From Candidatus Aenigmatarchaeota archaeon (GTDB taxonomy: Archaea; Aenigmatarchaeota; Aenigmatarchaeia; QMZP01; QMZT01): a DNA stretch of 64,000 nt. Both the position numbers and the translations under genes were made by a program. Shown here in pieces: positions 46,259-55,309 of this stretch. The notes beneath the pieces were generated by a model, which saw only the letters and a program-made list of their open reading frames with translations, was not told where the DNA came from and ran no database searches. Each line of letters opens with the position of its first letter. Within the stretch, counting starts at the first letter, position 1. The stretch is taken from positions 40,537 through 104,536 of the forward strand of contig JAZDFI010000029.1 in assembly GCA_043808015.1 (NCBI GenBank). Reading direction: 5' to 3'.

Positions 46259-47589
46259 ATTTTGTTTTTGAAATTTTTGGTAAAACTTTTCATGACGTCC
46301 GTCAGGTCCGGCTTGCCTTTTTCTTCGAGGCGGTATGTTACACGGGCCACTGGCTTGTTTACCTTTATCAGTCTCGTGAGGTCGAACGGCGTCGCGATGA
46401 TGACTGAGTCGCAGGGTATTTTGTTAATCGTTTCTTCCAGTTCGCTGGTCTGATGCTCGCCGTAGCCGAGCGCCGGCAGCACGTCGGAAATCTGTTTGTA
46501 TTTCTCGTATGCCTCTTTTATGGTGCCGATGGCGTATTGCTTCGGCTTGACGATGGACTTCGCTCCGAATTTCCGGGCCGCGACCCAACCAGCGCCGTAG
46601 GCCATTTCTCCATGTGTGAGCGTCGGGCCGTCTTCCACGACGAGCACGTTCTTGCCCTTTATTTTCGCCGGGTCGTCAGTCGAGACTTCCGAGTCCGCGT
46701 GCATTATTTTAGCCGCGGGGTTGACTTTCTTTACGTCTTCAAGCACCTTTTGAATGTTTTCAGGCTTTGCCGTGTTTTCCTTGTTTATTATAACAATGTT
46801 TGCCATGCGCAGGTTGGTTTCGCCTGGGTAATACGCGAGCTCATGCCCCGCACGATGCGGGTCCGTTACGACGATGTGCAGGTCCGGCTTGTAAAAAGGC
46901 GTGTCGTTGTTGCCGCCGTCCCATAGTATGATGTCGGCTTCCTTCTCGGCCGCCCGCAGAATCGCTTCGTAGTCCACGCCGGCATAAACCACGATGCCGT
47001 TCGCGATGTGCTGCTCGTATTCTTCCCGCTCTTCGATGGTGCACTCGTTTTTTGCGAGGTCGTCATACGAAGCGAAGCGCTGGCATGCCTGTTTTCTCAG
47101 GTCGCCATAAGGCATTGGATGACGAATCACGACGACTTTGCGGCCCATGCCTTTCAGTATCATGGAAATTTTGCGCGTGGTCTGCGATTTGCCGCAGCCT
47201 GTCCTTACCGCGCATATGGAAATGACCGGTTTTCTGGACGGCAGCATCGTCTGTGACGCGCCAAGCATCATGAAATTGGCGCCGGACGCATTCGCAATGC
47301 TGGCCTTGTGCATCACTTCAACGAAAGACAGGTCGGAATAAGAAAGGACCACAGTGTCCGCGCTGTATTTTTTTATGAGATTCGGAAGGTCTTTCTCGTC
47401 GAATATCTGTATGCCTTTTGGATAAAGCCTTCCGGCGAGCTCTTTGGGGTACATTCTCCCAGATATGTCAGGTATCTGCGCTGCCGTAAAACAAACCACG
47501 TTGTATTTTTTGTTGTTGCGGAAGAAGACGTTGAAGTTGTGGAAGTCGCGGCCTGCGGCTCCCAATATTATTACGTTACTTCTTGCCAT
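46255..47589 (-). CDS. Probable arginine synthetase (ArcE; COG2403 'GTPase/cDPG synthetase-like')
   Basis: GAAGRDFHNFN, AVRTGCGKS, RHPMPYG, TIEEREEYE, WDGGNND, VEDGPTLTHG. ATG at 47589 overlaps the acd stop. Confidence 0.7.
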   Translation of the reverse strand: MARSNVIILGAAGRDFHNFNVFFRNNKKYNVVCFTAAQIPDISGRMYPKELAGRLYPKGIQIFDEKDLPNLIKKYSADTVVLSYSDLSFVEVMHKASIANASGANFMMLGASQTMLPSRKPVISICAVRTGCGKSQTTRKISMILKGMGRKVVVIRHPMPYGDLRKQACQRFASYDDLAKNECTIEEREEYEQHIANGIVVYAGVDYEAILRAAEKEADIILWDGGNNDTPFYKPDLHIVVTDPHRAGHELAYYPGETNLRMANIVIINKENTAKPENIQKVLEDVKKVNPAAKIMHADSEVSTDDPAKIKGKNVLVVEDGPTLTHGEMAYGAGWVAARKFGAKSIVKPKQYAIGTIKEAYEKYKQISDVLPALGYGEHQTSELEETINKIPCDSVIIATPFDLTRLIKVNKPVARVTYRLEEKGKPDLTDVMKSFTKNFKNKI

Positions 47590-48976
47590 TTTTCTTGCGC
47601 TTTTTATCATTTTTCGTTTCTGTGCCGAATTCATAAAGAACCTTCATAGCTTTTGCAGCGCTCTGCGGGTATGAAAATGTCGGGATGCCTATGTCTTCCA
47701 GCGTTTTCTTCAGGACTTCCGTGTAGTCGCCTCCCGCTGAAATCACGAATATGGGCTTTTGGCTTGTTTTGAAAGCGTTTATTATCGTGTCCACGATTTC
47801 TCCACCGAGTCTCGGCACCTGGAGAAGGACTATGAGGCCTATCATATCGACATTCGGATCTTCTATCGCCGCGGTAATCGCATGCTGGTATCGCTCCGAA
47901 TCCGCGTCTCCTGTGAGGTCGATCGGATTTTTCAGTACCACATAAGCCGGCATTTTTTTGCGCATCTCTTCTATTTTTTCTTCCGTCATCGCCGCCAGAG
48001 AAAGGCCGTCTTTTATGATGTTGTCCGTGAGCAGGACACCAAATCCGCCGCCGTCCGTTATTATCTGCACCCTGTGACCTTTAGGTTTCGGCAGCGTTGA
48101 AAGCGTGCGTGCATAATCGAAAAGTTCTTCCATATCATTCGCCTGTATGATGCCTGCCTGCTTGAAAGCGGCCGAATAAACTTCAAACGAGCCGGCGAGC
48201 GAGCCTGTGTGAGACGAGACGGCTTTCGTTCCAGCCGACGTGGTTCCGCCTTTTAGGACGATTATCGGTTTTATGCCGGCGAACTTGCGCGTTATTTCGA
48301 AGAACTTCCTACCCTCTTTCACGCCTTCGAAATATGCGCATATGACTTTCGTCTTCTTGTCGTTTATCAGGTATTCTATAAGATCCGCTTCGTCCACATC
48401 GGAAGCGTTGCCATAAGAGATGAACTTGGCCATCTTGTATCCCTTTCTGGCCATCCAGTCGATAACGACGGAGCCAACCGCGCCGGACTGCGTTATGAAT
48501 GATATTTCTCCGCCTTTGGGCCTGGCGAGCTTATAACGGGGGAGGAATACCGTGTCGACTCCGCTGTCCGGATCGAAAACTCCAAGGCAGTTCGGGCCGA
48601 TGACCCTTATCTTATGTTTTTTGGCGATGACGCTGAGCTTTTTCTCAAGTTCGACGTTGCCTATCTCCTTGAAACCGCCTGTGATTATTATCACGTTTTT
48701 TATACCTTTTCTGCCACATTCTTCCAGCGCCTTCGGAACGAGTTCGGCCGGGATTGAAATGACTGCCATGTCCACTCGCTCTCGTATTTTTGTGACGCTT
48801 GGGTAGCATTTGAGGCCGAGAATCTGGCTCGTGTTGGGGTTTACGGGGAACACTTTGCCCTTGTAATCGCCTTCGACCATGTTGCGCATGACCACGTGGC
48901 CTATTTTGCTCTGGTCCCTGGACGCGCCGATGATGGCGATTGATTTTGGAACGAAAAACCCGTCAAGACTTCCCAC
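47576..48976 (-). CDS. acdA: ADP-forming acetyl/acyl-CoA synthetase alpha subunit
   Basis: IAIIGAS, PVNP, GPNCLG, QSGA, SHTGSLAG, GGG.GV, NPIDL.GDA; GTG start with GAGGGG RBS. Confidence 0.93.
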   Translation of the reverse strand: MGSLDGFFVPKSIAIIGASRDQSKIGHVVMRNMVEGDYKGKVFPVNPNTSQILGLKCYPSVTKIRERVDMAVISIPAELVPKALEECGRKGIKNVIIITGGFKEIGNVELEKKLSVIAKKHKIRVIGPNCLGVFDPDSGVDTVFLPRYKLARPKGGEISFITQSGAVGSVVIDWMARKGYKMAKFISYGNASDVDEADLIEYLINDKKTKVICAYFEGVKEGRKFFEITRKFAGIKPIIVLKGGTTSAGTKAVSSHTGSLAGSFEVYSAAFKQAGIIQANDMEELFDYARTLSTLPKPKGHRVQIITDGGGFGVLLTDNIIKDGLSLAAMTEEKIEEMRKKMPAYVVLKNPIDLTGDADSERYQHAITAAIEDPNVDMIGLIVLLQVPRLGGEIVDTIINAFKTSQKPIFVISAGGDYTEVLKKTLEDIGIPTFSYPQSAAKAMKVLYEFGTETKNDKKRKKNGKK

Positions 48977-49019
48977 ACTTTCCCCTCAGAGATATTATTG
49001 ACGAAGATAATATATTATT

Positions 49020-50225
49020 ATGCTAAGAAAAGTGATTTCACGCAAGATAATCGCCGAGCGCGAAGAAGAGCTGCCGCTTTCGACTATGGGCGAGCTCATA
49101 AAAATTGCCGAAGAGAACAAGGGAATAATTTCCCTGGGCCCGGGCGAGCCGGATTTTAGGACCCCAAAGCACATAATCGATTTCGCATGCAAGAAGCTGC
49201 GTGAAGGCTATACTCACTATTCGCCGCCGGCAGGCAGGCACAGCCTGCGCGAGGCAATAGCCAAAAAGCTCAGGAGGGACAACAAGATTGACGTTTCCCC
49301 AGACCAGGTCATAGTCACGGTCGGCTCCACCGAAGCGATATTGCTGGCTCTCATGTGCACGACCGATCCGGGCGAGGGTGTACTTCTGCCGGATCCCGGG
49401 TTCCTTGCATACAGGCCGATCGTCGAGACGCTCAGCGGCATGCCTCTCAACATTCCTCACCACGAAGATGCTGGATTCCAATTCGAGGTGGAGGAGGCAG
49501 AGAAAGCTATATTACCGGAAAAGACGAATGTTTTGATAATAAATTCGCCGTCGAACCCGACTGGTGTGGTTTACAGAAAGAAGACGCTCGAGAAGATAGC
49601 TGACTTTGCATGCGAACACGACCTGCTCATTGTATCAGATGAGGCGTATGAAAAGCTTGTTTACGGCGGCGAGAAACACGTGTCCATAGGCTCGTTTAAC
49701 GGCATGGAAAACCGCGTTCTGACGCTGCACACGTTTTCGAAGACGTATGCCATGCCTGGTTTCAGGGTTGGTTATGCCGCCGGGCCTGAATGCCTGATAA
49801 ACGCCATGAAGAAGCTGCATCTGTACACGACGGTCTGCGCGCCCACGGTTTCACAGGAGGCCGCCTTAGCCGCGCTCAAAGGACCGCAGGTTTGTGTTTC
49901 CAAAATGGTAAAGGAGTATGACCGCCGCAGGAAACTGATAACAGAACGCTTGAACAACATCCCGGGTATTTCATGCATCGAACCAAAGGGCGCGTTCTAC
50001 GCGTTCCCCAATATAAGCAGTTTTGGTATGAAATCCTTTGATTTTACAATATGGTTGCTGAAAAACGCGCGCGTCGCTACCACACCCGGTACAGAATTTG
50101 GTAAGCTGGGCGAGGGTTATGTGCGTTGCTCTTTTGCAACATCTTATGAAAAAATAAACACCGCCATGGACCGGGTTGAAAAGGCAACCAAGGTACTGAA
50201 TAAAAAGAAGAAAAAGACCCGGTGA
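49020..50225 (+). CDS. PLP-dependent aminotransferase class I/II
   Basis: GEPDF.TP, NSPSNPTG, SDEAY, SKTYAMPGFRVG, PKGAFY.FP. Confidence 0.93.
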   Translation: MLRKVISRKIIAEREEELPLSTMGELIKIAEENKGIISLGPGEPDFRTPKHIIDFACKKLREGYTHYSPPAGRHSLREAIAKKLRRDNKIDVSPDQVIVTVGSTEAILLALMCTTDPGEGVLLPDPGFLAYRPIVETLSGMPLNIPHHEDAGFQFEVEEAEKAILPEKTNVLIINSPSNPTGVVYRKKTLEKIADFACEHDLLIVSDEAYEKLVYGGEKHVSIGSFNGMENRVLTLHTFSKTYAMPGFRVGYAAGPECLINAMKKLHLYTTVCAPTVSQEAALAALKGPQVCVSKMVKEYDRRRKLITERLNNIPGISCIEPKGAFYAFPNISSFGMKSFDFTIWLLKNARVATTPGTEFGKLGEGYVRCSFATSYEKINTAMDRVEKATKVLNKKKKKTR

Positions 50226-50401
50226 CCTTTCTTTCCTGTGGAGGTTTGTTTTTTTATACCAAAGCTAATTTTGTTCGTAACTATTGTTGTTATAACAATG
50301 TTATATATTTCCATAAGAAATCTAAAGGTCTTTCCATGAGAAATGATGGTGTCATGGTATTGGAAAAGAAAAGGCATTTAAACCCCAGTTTCAAATGGAA
50401 A
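50224..50401. other. Replication origin candidate 1 (ORB cluster upstream of cdc6)
   Basis: ORB-like boxes: minus 50224-50243 CTCCACAGGAAAGAAAGGTC; plus 50308-50330 TTTCCATAAGAAATCTAAAGGTC; plus 50331-50352 TTTCCATGAGAAATGATGGTGT; minus 50381-50401 TTTCCATTTGAAACTGGGGTT. A ~65 bp AT-rich spacer lies between the first inverted pair. Confidence 0.8.
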
Positions 50402-50404
50402 AGC

Positions 50405-51613
50405 ATGGCGCAAAAATCATTGGGGGAAATATTCCAAAATTATGTTGAAAAGAAGTCGGTTTTCAAACAAAAAGACACACTTTCCACCCATTTCACACCA
50501 GACACAATACCCCACAGGGGCGCGCAGATAAACCAGATCGGCCTTATCCTGGCGCCCGTCCTGCGCGGTGAAAAACCATCCAACATATTCATTTACGGCA
50601 AAACAGGCACGGGCAAATCGCTTTGCGTCCAGCACACCACAACAAAGCTGCTAGAGGTTGCCAAAAAGAATGCGAGCGAAAACATCAAAACCATATACGT
50701 GAACTGTAAGATGAGCAAGGTTTCGGACACGGAATACCGCATGCTCTCGCAGCTCATATCCAATTTTGGCGTCGAAGTCCCTTTCACCGGCCTGCCCACA
50801 AACCAGCTTTACAAACAGTTCTACAAACTGATTGACGAAAAAAAACAAAACATCATACTCGTTTTGGATGAAGTCGATGCTCTCGTCAGCAAGATAGGCG
50901 ACGGCGTTCTGTACAACCTCACAAGGGTCAACCAGGACCTGAAAAACTCGAAGCTCACGGTCATAGGCATTTCGAACAACATATCATTCATAAACGATCT
51001 CGATCCGCGCGTCAAGTCGTCGCTCTCGGAAGAGGAAATCGTCTTCCCCCCGTACAACGCCAACGAAATAAAGGACATATTAACCGAGCGCGTGGGCATG
51101 GCATTCAACGATGGCGTCATTTCGCCTGCCGTCATAGCCAAATGCTCGGCGCTCGCAGCGCAGGAGCACGGCGACGCGAGGAAAGCCCTCGACCTGTTAA
51201 GGGTTTCCGGTGAGATAGCAGAGCGTCTCAACAACAGCATTGTTTCCGAAGACCACGTGGACATAGCCGAACGCAAGCTGGACGTAGATAAGACCATAGA
51301 AATCGTCCAGAACCAGCCGAAGCAGTCGCAATGCGTCCTCATGGCCATAATCAGGCTTTTCAAAAGCGGCAAAAACGGCGTGCAAACCGGCGACATATAC
51401 GACGTTTACGTGGAGATATGCAGAAAGAACAACATGAAGCAGCTGACGCAACGGCGAATATCCGACCTCATATCAGAGCTGGATATGTTCGGCATCGTCA
51501 ACGCGAAAGTCATATCAAAAGGCCGCTACGGCAGGACGCGTGAAATAAAGGTCGGGTTGTCCAGGGAAATAATAGAAAAAATAGAAAGGCTTTTCGGGTC
51601 CGATTTTGCCTGA
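50405..51613 (+). CDS. cdc6: Orc1/Cdc6 replication initiator
   Basis: P..IPHR..QI, IYGKTGTGKS, YVNC, LDEVD, LDPRVKSSL..EEIVFPPY, HGDARKALDLLR, wing SKGRYGRT. Confidence 0.96.
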   Translation: MAQKSLGEIFQNYVEKKSVFKQKDTLSTHFTPDTIPHRGAQINQIGLILAPVLRGEKPSNIFIYGKTGTGKSLCVQHTTTKLLEVAKKNASENIKTIYVNCKMSKVSDTEYRMLSQLISNFGVEVPFTGLPTNQLYKQFYKLIDEKKQNIILVLDEVDALVSKIGDGVLYNLTRVNQDLKNSKLTVIGISNNISFINDLDPRVKSSLSEEEIVFPPYNANEIKDILTERVGMAFNDGVISPAVIAKCSALAAQEHGDARKALDLLRVSGEIAERLNNSIVSEDHVDIAERKLDVDKTIEIVQNQPKQSQCVLMAIIRLFKSGKNGVQTGDIYDVYVEICRKNNMKQLTQRRISDLISELDMFGIVNAKVISKGRYGRTREIKVGLSREIIEKIERLFGSDFA

Positions 51614-51647
51614 CTACCTGCTATAATTTGCTCATGAAGGAACTACT

Positions 51648-52529
51648 ATGGAAAAAAGGGACATACTGGAGCTTTTTTTGAAGAGCGACGTCATGCTCTC
51701 ACCGGAAGAGTTTGAAACTATCGATGAAAAAAATTACATGCGCATACTCGAGGAAAAGAAGAGCGCTTCCTCCAAAGACGACACGATAGTATCAAAGCCC
51801 AGAAACGGCAGGATATCATGCGACCAGTTCGTCAGGGCATCGGTCAATAAATTCGAATTTTTGCGGGGCATCATACTCAAAAAAACGGAAGCGGTTTCGA
51901 TAAACAAGGCCAAGAAAGTCTTCTCCGAAGTCACCATAATAGGCCGTGTTAAGGAGACGTCGCAGCGCGGCTTCATCATCGAGGACGTTACCGGCGAAAC
52001 TGAAGCGGTCTACGAAGGCAGGGACATAAGCGTTGGCGATGTCATCGGCTTGAAGGGGTATTTCAAGGAAAACAGTCTTTTTCCGGGCCAGGTCGTATGG
52101 CCTGACATACCATTGGATAACGTTCCGAAGCCGCCCGGCATCAGAATGACGCTGACCACGAAGGTAAAGGACGGCCGCATGCCGGGCCTGATAGTGTGCC
52201 CGGATTCTGAGAAGGCATGCAACGTGGTCACTGGTTTCGGCCGGTCAGGCTCGGTCAGCATAACAAAACACGGATCAAGCCTCCTTCTCACGGCATATTC
52301 CAGAACGAATGAAATCAAGGAGGAAGATGCTGTAAAAATTCTGAAAAAACGCTCGTTGCCTGCGGATGGGCCGGTAGAAAACGTTATTGAGGAAATACCG
52401 CACATAATCTGGCTCTTCGACAACAAAAGGAACTGGGTCAAAAACTACAGGGGCGTCATTATAATATCGACAGACAGCGAAAGCTTTGCCGACTACGACG
52501 GTCAGGAGGTCGGCTTCGGGAAGCTTTAG
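51648..52529 (+). CDS. Degenerate PolD small-subunit (DP1)-like protein lacking exonuclease motifs
   Basis: DP1-like OB fold (EVTIIG.V, IEDVTG, DVIGLKG, WPDIP) and C-terminal LKKR.LP…VIEEIP…YRGV; no DxH, GDxxD, GNHD, HG or GHxH motifs. Confidence 0.8.
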   Translation: MEKRDILELFLKSDVMLSPEEFETIDEKNYMRILEEKKSASSKDDTIVSKPRNGRISCDQFVRASVNKFEFLRGIILKKTEAVSINKAKKVFSEVTIIGRVKETSQRGFIIEDVTGETEAVYEGRDISVGDVIGLKGYFKENSLFPGQVVWPDIPLDNVPKPPGIRMTLTTKVKDGRMPGLIVCPDSEKACNVVTGFGRSGSVSITKHGSSLLLTAYSRTNEIKEEDAVKILKKRSLPADGPVENVIEEIPHIIWLFDNKRNWVKNYRGVIIISTDSESFADYDGQEVGFGKL

Positions 52530-52567
52530 CACAACCGTATTTAATAAAAAACACACAAAGGATTATT

Positions 52568-53242
52568 ATGCTGAAAATACTTGTGGTAGCAGACATACAT
52601 GGTGAATTCGAGAAGTTTTCTAAGATGATCGACAAATTGAAGAGATGTGATTTCGACGTCGTCGTCTGCCCGGGCGATTTTACGGACATGTACAACATAC
52701 CCGAAGGATTCAACCAGACAGACATCGCCGAGCTGATAATACAGAAGCTTCTGTCTTTAGGCAAGCCGGTTCTTTGCATACCGGGCAACCATGAACCATA
52801 TGAAATAATAGACCTGTTTGAGGAATACGGGGTTAACGCGCACGGCATAATGAAAAAAATAAAGGATTATGAGTTCATAGGCTTCGGAGGCGCTGCGACG
52901 CCATTCAACACGAAGTTCGAACCTCCGGAAGAGGAAATAAAGGCGTCGCTGGAAGCGCAGGCAAAAAAAGCAAAGGGTGGTTTCATCCTGCTCGTTCACA
53001 ACCCGCCGTTCAACACAAAAATGGACAAAGTCGAGACAGGCGAACACGTCGGCTCGAAAGTCATAAGGGAGTTCATAGAAAAAACCAAACCCATTTTAGT
53101 GATATCGGCGCACATACACGAGGCAGTAGGCACGGATAAAATAGGCAGGACGACGCTCTTCTACCCGGGCGTTTCTTATGAAGGCAATTACGGCATAGTG
53201 GAAATCGGAAATGAAGTTAAATGTGAAATGAAAAAAGCGTGA
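52568..53242 (+). CDS. Calcineurin-like metallophosphoesterase (Icc-related)
   Basis: ADIHG, PGDFTD, PGNHE, HNPP, SAHIHE. Confidence 0.92.
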   Translation: MLKILVVADIHGEFEKFSKMIDKLKRCDFDVVVCPGDFTDMYNIPEGFNQTDIAELIIQKLLSLGKPVLCIPGNHEPYEIIDLFEEYGVNAHGIMKKIKDYEFIGFGGAATPFNTKFEPPEEEIKASLEAQAKKAKGGFILLVHNPPFNTKMDKVETGEHVGSKVIREFIEKTKPILVISAHIHEAVGTDKIGRTTLFYPGVSYEGNYGIVEIGNEVKCEMKKA

Positions 53243-53273
53243 AAGCGGGTTTCACACGTTCATATTATTCATA

Positions 53274-53993
53274 TCATTGTATTGTTTTCAGCTTGCCCAG
53301 TATTTCTTCTATTGATTCAATACGGCAAAGGGCGACCGGTATTGATTCGACTTCGGCTATGTTCATCGCGACCTCATTCACCTTGTCTATGCCGTGAAGC
53401 ACGACAAGCCCGGGCTGCATGCCCGTGAGCTTGATGGCCACGAGCGGTGTTTTGCCTGTCGTCACACCCGTGAATAAAAGCGCCCGCTGCGTTGTGGCTC
53501 CATATAGCTGTATCAGCTGGTTATGAGAAAGCTCCAGTATCGCTTTCACGGAGTCGACGACCGTGTAGCCGTATATGAACCTGTCGGCTGGCGCGCCTTT
53601 GGTGATTATGGGCGCGTTTATTCTCCTGCAGAACTCATCGACGCGTATGCCGGCGGCGAACTCGCGTATGTCTATAATGGCTTTCGAGAGCCCGGCCGGG
53701 CCTGAAGGCTGTGTGAATGTCTTAAGTACGGTGCCGCCTCTCTTAATGTCTATCGAAATGAGCGCATTGACGTAACGTTTTATGACGTTTATGCCCGGCG
53801 ATTTCCTACGGCCGGACTCGTAATCGGATATGACGGATGACGTAATGCCAATATGTCCAGCCAGCTTCTTCTGGGAGAAGCCGAATATGACCCTCCATTT
53901 TTTCAGAACCTGCTCTGGCGTTTCAGATAGTATAATCTCTCCTATTATATCCTTGGCCAGCTTATCCATTGAAAGGCGAAGTTCGTCAACCAT
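53274..53993 (-). CDS. XRE-family HTH transcriptional regulator (conserved archaeal type)
   Basis: I.GEI.LS..P…LKKWR..F..SQ..LA…SVISDYESGRRKSPG, YGYTVVDS.KAI, RALLFTGVTTG. Confidence 0.88.
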   Translation of the reverse strand: MVDELRLSMDKLAKDIIGEIILSETPEQVLKKWRVIFGFSQKKLAGHIGITSSVISDYESGRRKSPGINVIKRYVNALISIDIKRGGTVLKTFTQPSGPAGLSKAIIDIREFAAGIRVDEFCRRINAPIITKGAPADRFIYGYTVVDSVKAILELSHNQLIQLYGATTQRALLFTGVTTGKTPLVAIKLTGMQPGLVVLHGIDKVNEVAMNIAEVESIPVALCRIESIEEILGKLKTIQ

Positions 53994-54033
53994 AGAAACA
54001 ATTTACGTTGAATTACTTAAAAACGTTTCTTCG

Positions 54034-54057
54034 ATGTTTAAACGGATGTTTAAACAT
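54034..54057. promoter_or_regulatory. Tandem ATGTTTAAACGG-ATGTTTAAACAT (putative operator)
   Basis: Same 12-bp unit in tandem, between divergent HTH and tctA-like genes. Confidence 0.65.
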
Positions 54058-54090
54058 AACTTCTTAAGCCGCTATCGGAAAATTTTTAAA

Positions 54091-55308
54091 ATGTTCATAG
54101 GATTGCTGCTGGCCGTGGCGTGCGGCCTGGCGCTCGGAATAGCGACGGGCCTGGTACCGGGCATACATCCGAACACCGTTTTTGCGCTGGTTCTGGCCGC
54201 TCCGCCAATTTTTACCATATTTTCACCTTATGCCGCCATGGCGTTCATAGTCAGTCTTGCCATCTCGAATACGTTTTTCGATTTCATCCCGTCCATCCTG
54301 TTTGGCGCGCCAGAAGAGGACGCGATACTTTCAGTCCTGCCCGGACACAAAATGCTCCTCGAAGGAAGGGGATATGAAGCCGTGTTTCTCACGGTCATGG
54401 GCGGCTTGGGCGTGGTTCTGCTAACGATAGCGACGCTGCCTTTGCTGTTCATGATGGTCCCGGCCATCCACTGGCTGCTGAGGCCGGTCATACACCTAAT
54501 ACTAATAGCCGCGGTCTCGTGGATGGTCCTGACAGAAAGACGCCGGTTAACGGCGCTGGCGGTGTTCCTGCTGGCCGGTCTGTTTGGGTTCATGTCACTC
54601 AACTCATTCCCGTCAGATTTCGCATTATTTCCCGCTTTGACGGGTCTGTTCGGCATTAGCACGATCCTGACAAGCCTGATGTCGAAAGCTACAATACCGG
54701 AACAAAAAATAGAAAGCAACATTAAAGGAAACTGGCTGAAGGGCAGCCTTACGGGATGGCTTGCTGGCCTGCTGTCGGGTTTCCTGCCGGGTCTCGGCTC
54801 TTCCCAGACAGGCATACTGGCATCACAGGTTCTGAAAACAAAGACTCAGGAATTCATGATCGCGCTTGGGGGCATAAACACATCGAACATTTTCTTCACG
54901 TTCATAGTTTTCTATTCCATTGGAAAAACCAGATCAGGCGCGGTCTGGGCCATATCCAGGGTAATGGAAACCCTGAGCGTAACAGACACCCTCCTCATCG
55001 TGGTGATAGGCGTTCTGGTGACATTGATTTCAGCGGTTTTGACACTCAAAATCAGCAAGTTCATGGTAATGAAACTGAAACACGTGAATTACATGAAGTT
55101 GTCGCTCACTGTCCTTTTTTTGCTGATTTTCCTTGTGATTTTACTGGGCGGCATATATGGCATAGTCATAGCAGTAGCCGGCACTTTCCTGGGTTTGCTG
55201 GCCACCCGGGTGGGTGTGAAAAGAACACATCTGATGGGTTTCCTCGTCCTGCCGACCATTCTATACTTTTCAGGGCTCGATCCATTTCTCATAGCAGCTT
55301 TATGGTGA
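54091..55308 (+). CDS. Archaeal TctA-family membrane protein
   Basis: TGLVPGIHPN, FFDFIPSI..GAP, SVLPGH.MLLEG.G, GFLPGLG, G.TRSGA. Confidence 0.88.
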   Translation: MFIGLLLAVACGLALGIATGLVPGIHPNTVFALVLAAPPIFTIFSPYAAMAFIVSLAISNTFFDFIPSILFGAPEEDAILSVLPGHKMLLEGRGYEAVFLTVMGGLGVVLLTIATLPLLFMMVPAIHWLLRPVIHLILIAAVSWMVLTERRRLTALAVFLLAGLFGFMSLNSFPSDFALFPALTGLFGISTILTSLMSKATIPEQKIESNIKGNWLKGSLTGWLAGLLSGFLPGLGSSQTGILASQVLKTKTQEFMIALGGINTSNIFFTFIVFYSIGKTRSGAVWAISRVMETLSVTDTLLIVVIGVLVTLISAVLTLKISKFMVMKLKHVNYMKLSLTVLFLLIFLVILLGGIYGIVIAVAGTFLGLLATRVGVKRTHLMGFLVLPTILYFSGLDPFLIAALW

Positions 55309-55309
55309 A

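Noticed and set aside
46255-47589. Cyclic 2,3-diphosphoglycerate synthetase call
   Set aside because: It lacks the DGEHY N-terminal motif I associate with true CpgS, and no 2-phosphoglycerate kinase is adjacent.
50222-50404. 61-aa N-terminal extension of Cdc6 in the ORF track
   Set aside because: It translates the ORB/AT-rich origin region. Homology starts near ATG 50405, which has a TATA box about 25 nt upstream.
51648-53242. DP1 split by a frameshift into two ORFs
   Set aside because: The first ORF already contains DP1 C-terminal elements (VIEEIP, YRGV), and the second is a complete Icc-type enzyme with its own start.
53830-54090. Long N-terminal extension of the TctA-like ORF
   Set aside because: It overlaps the antisense HTH gene and the operator region; the TctA sequence begins at ATG 54091.
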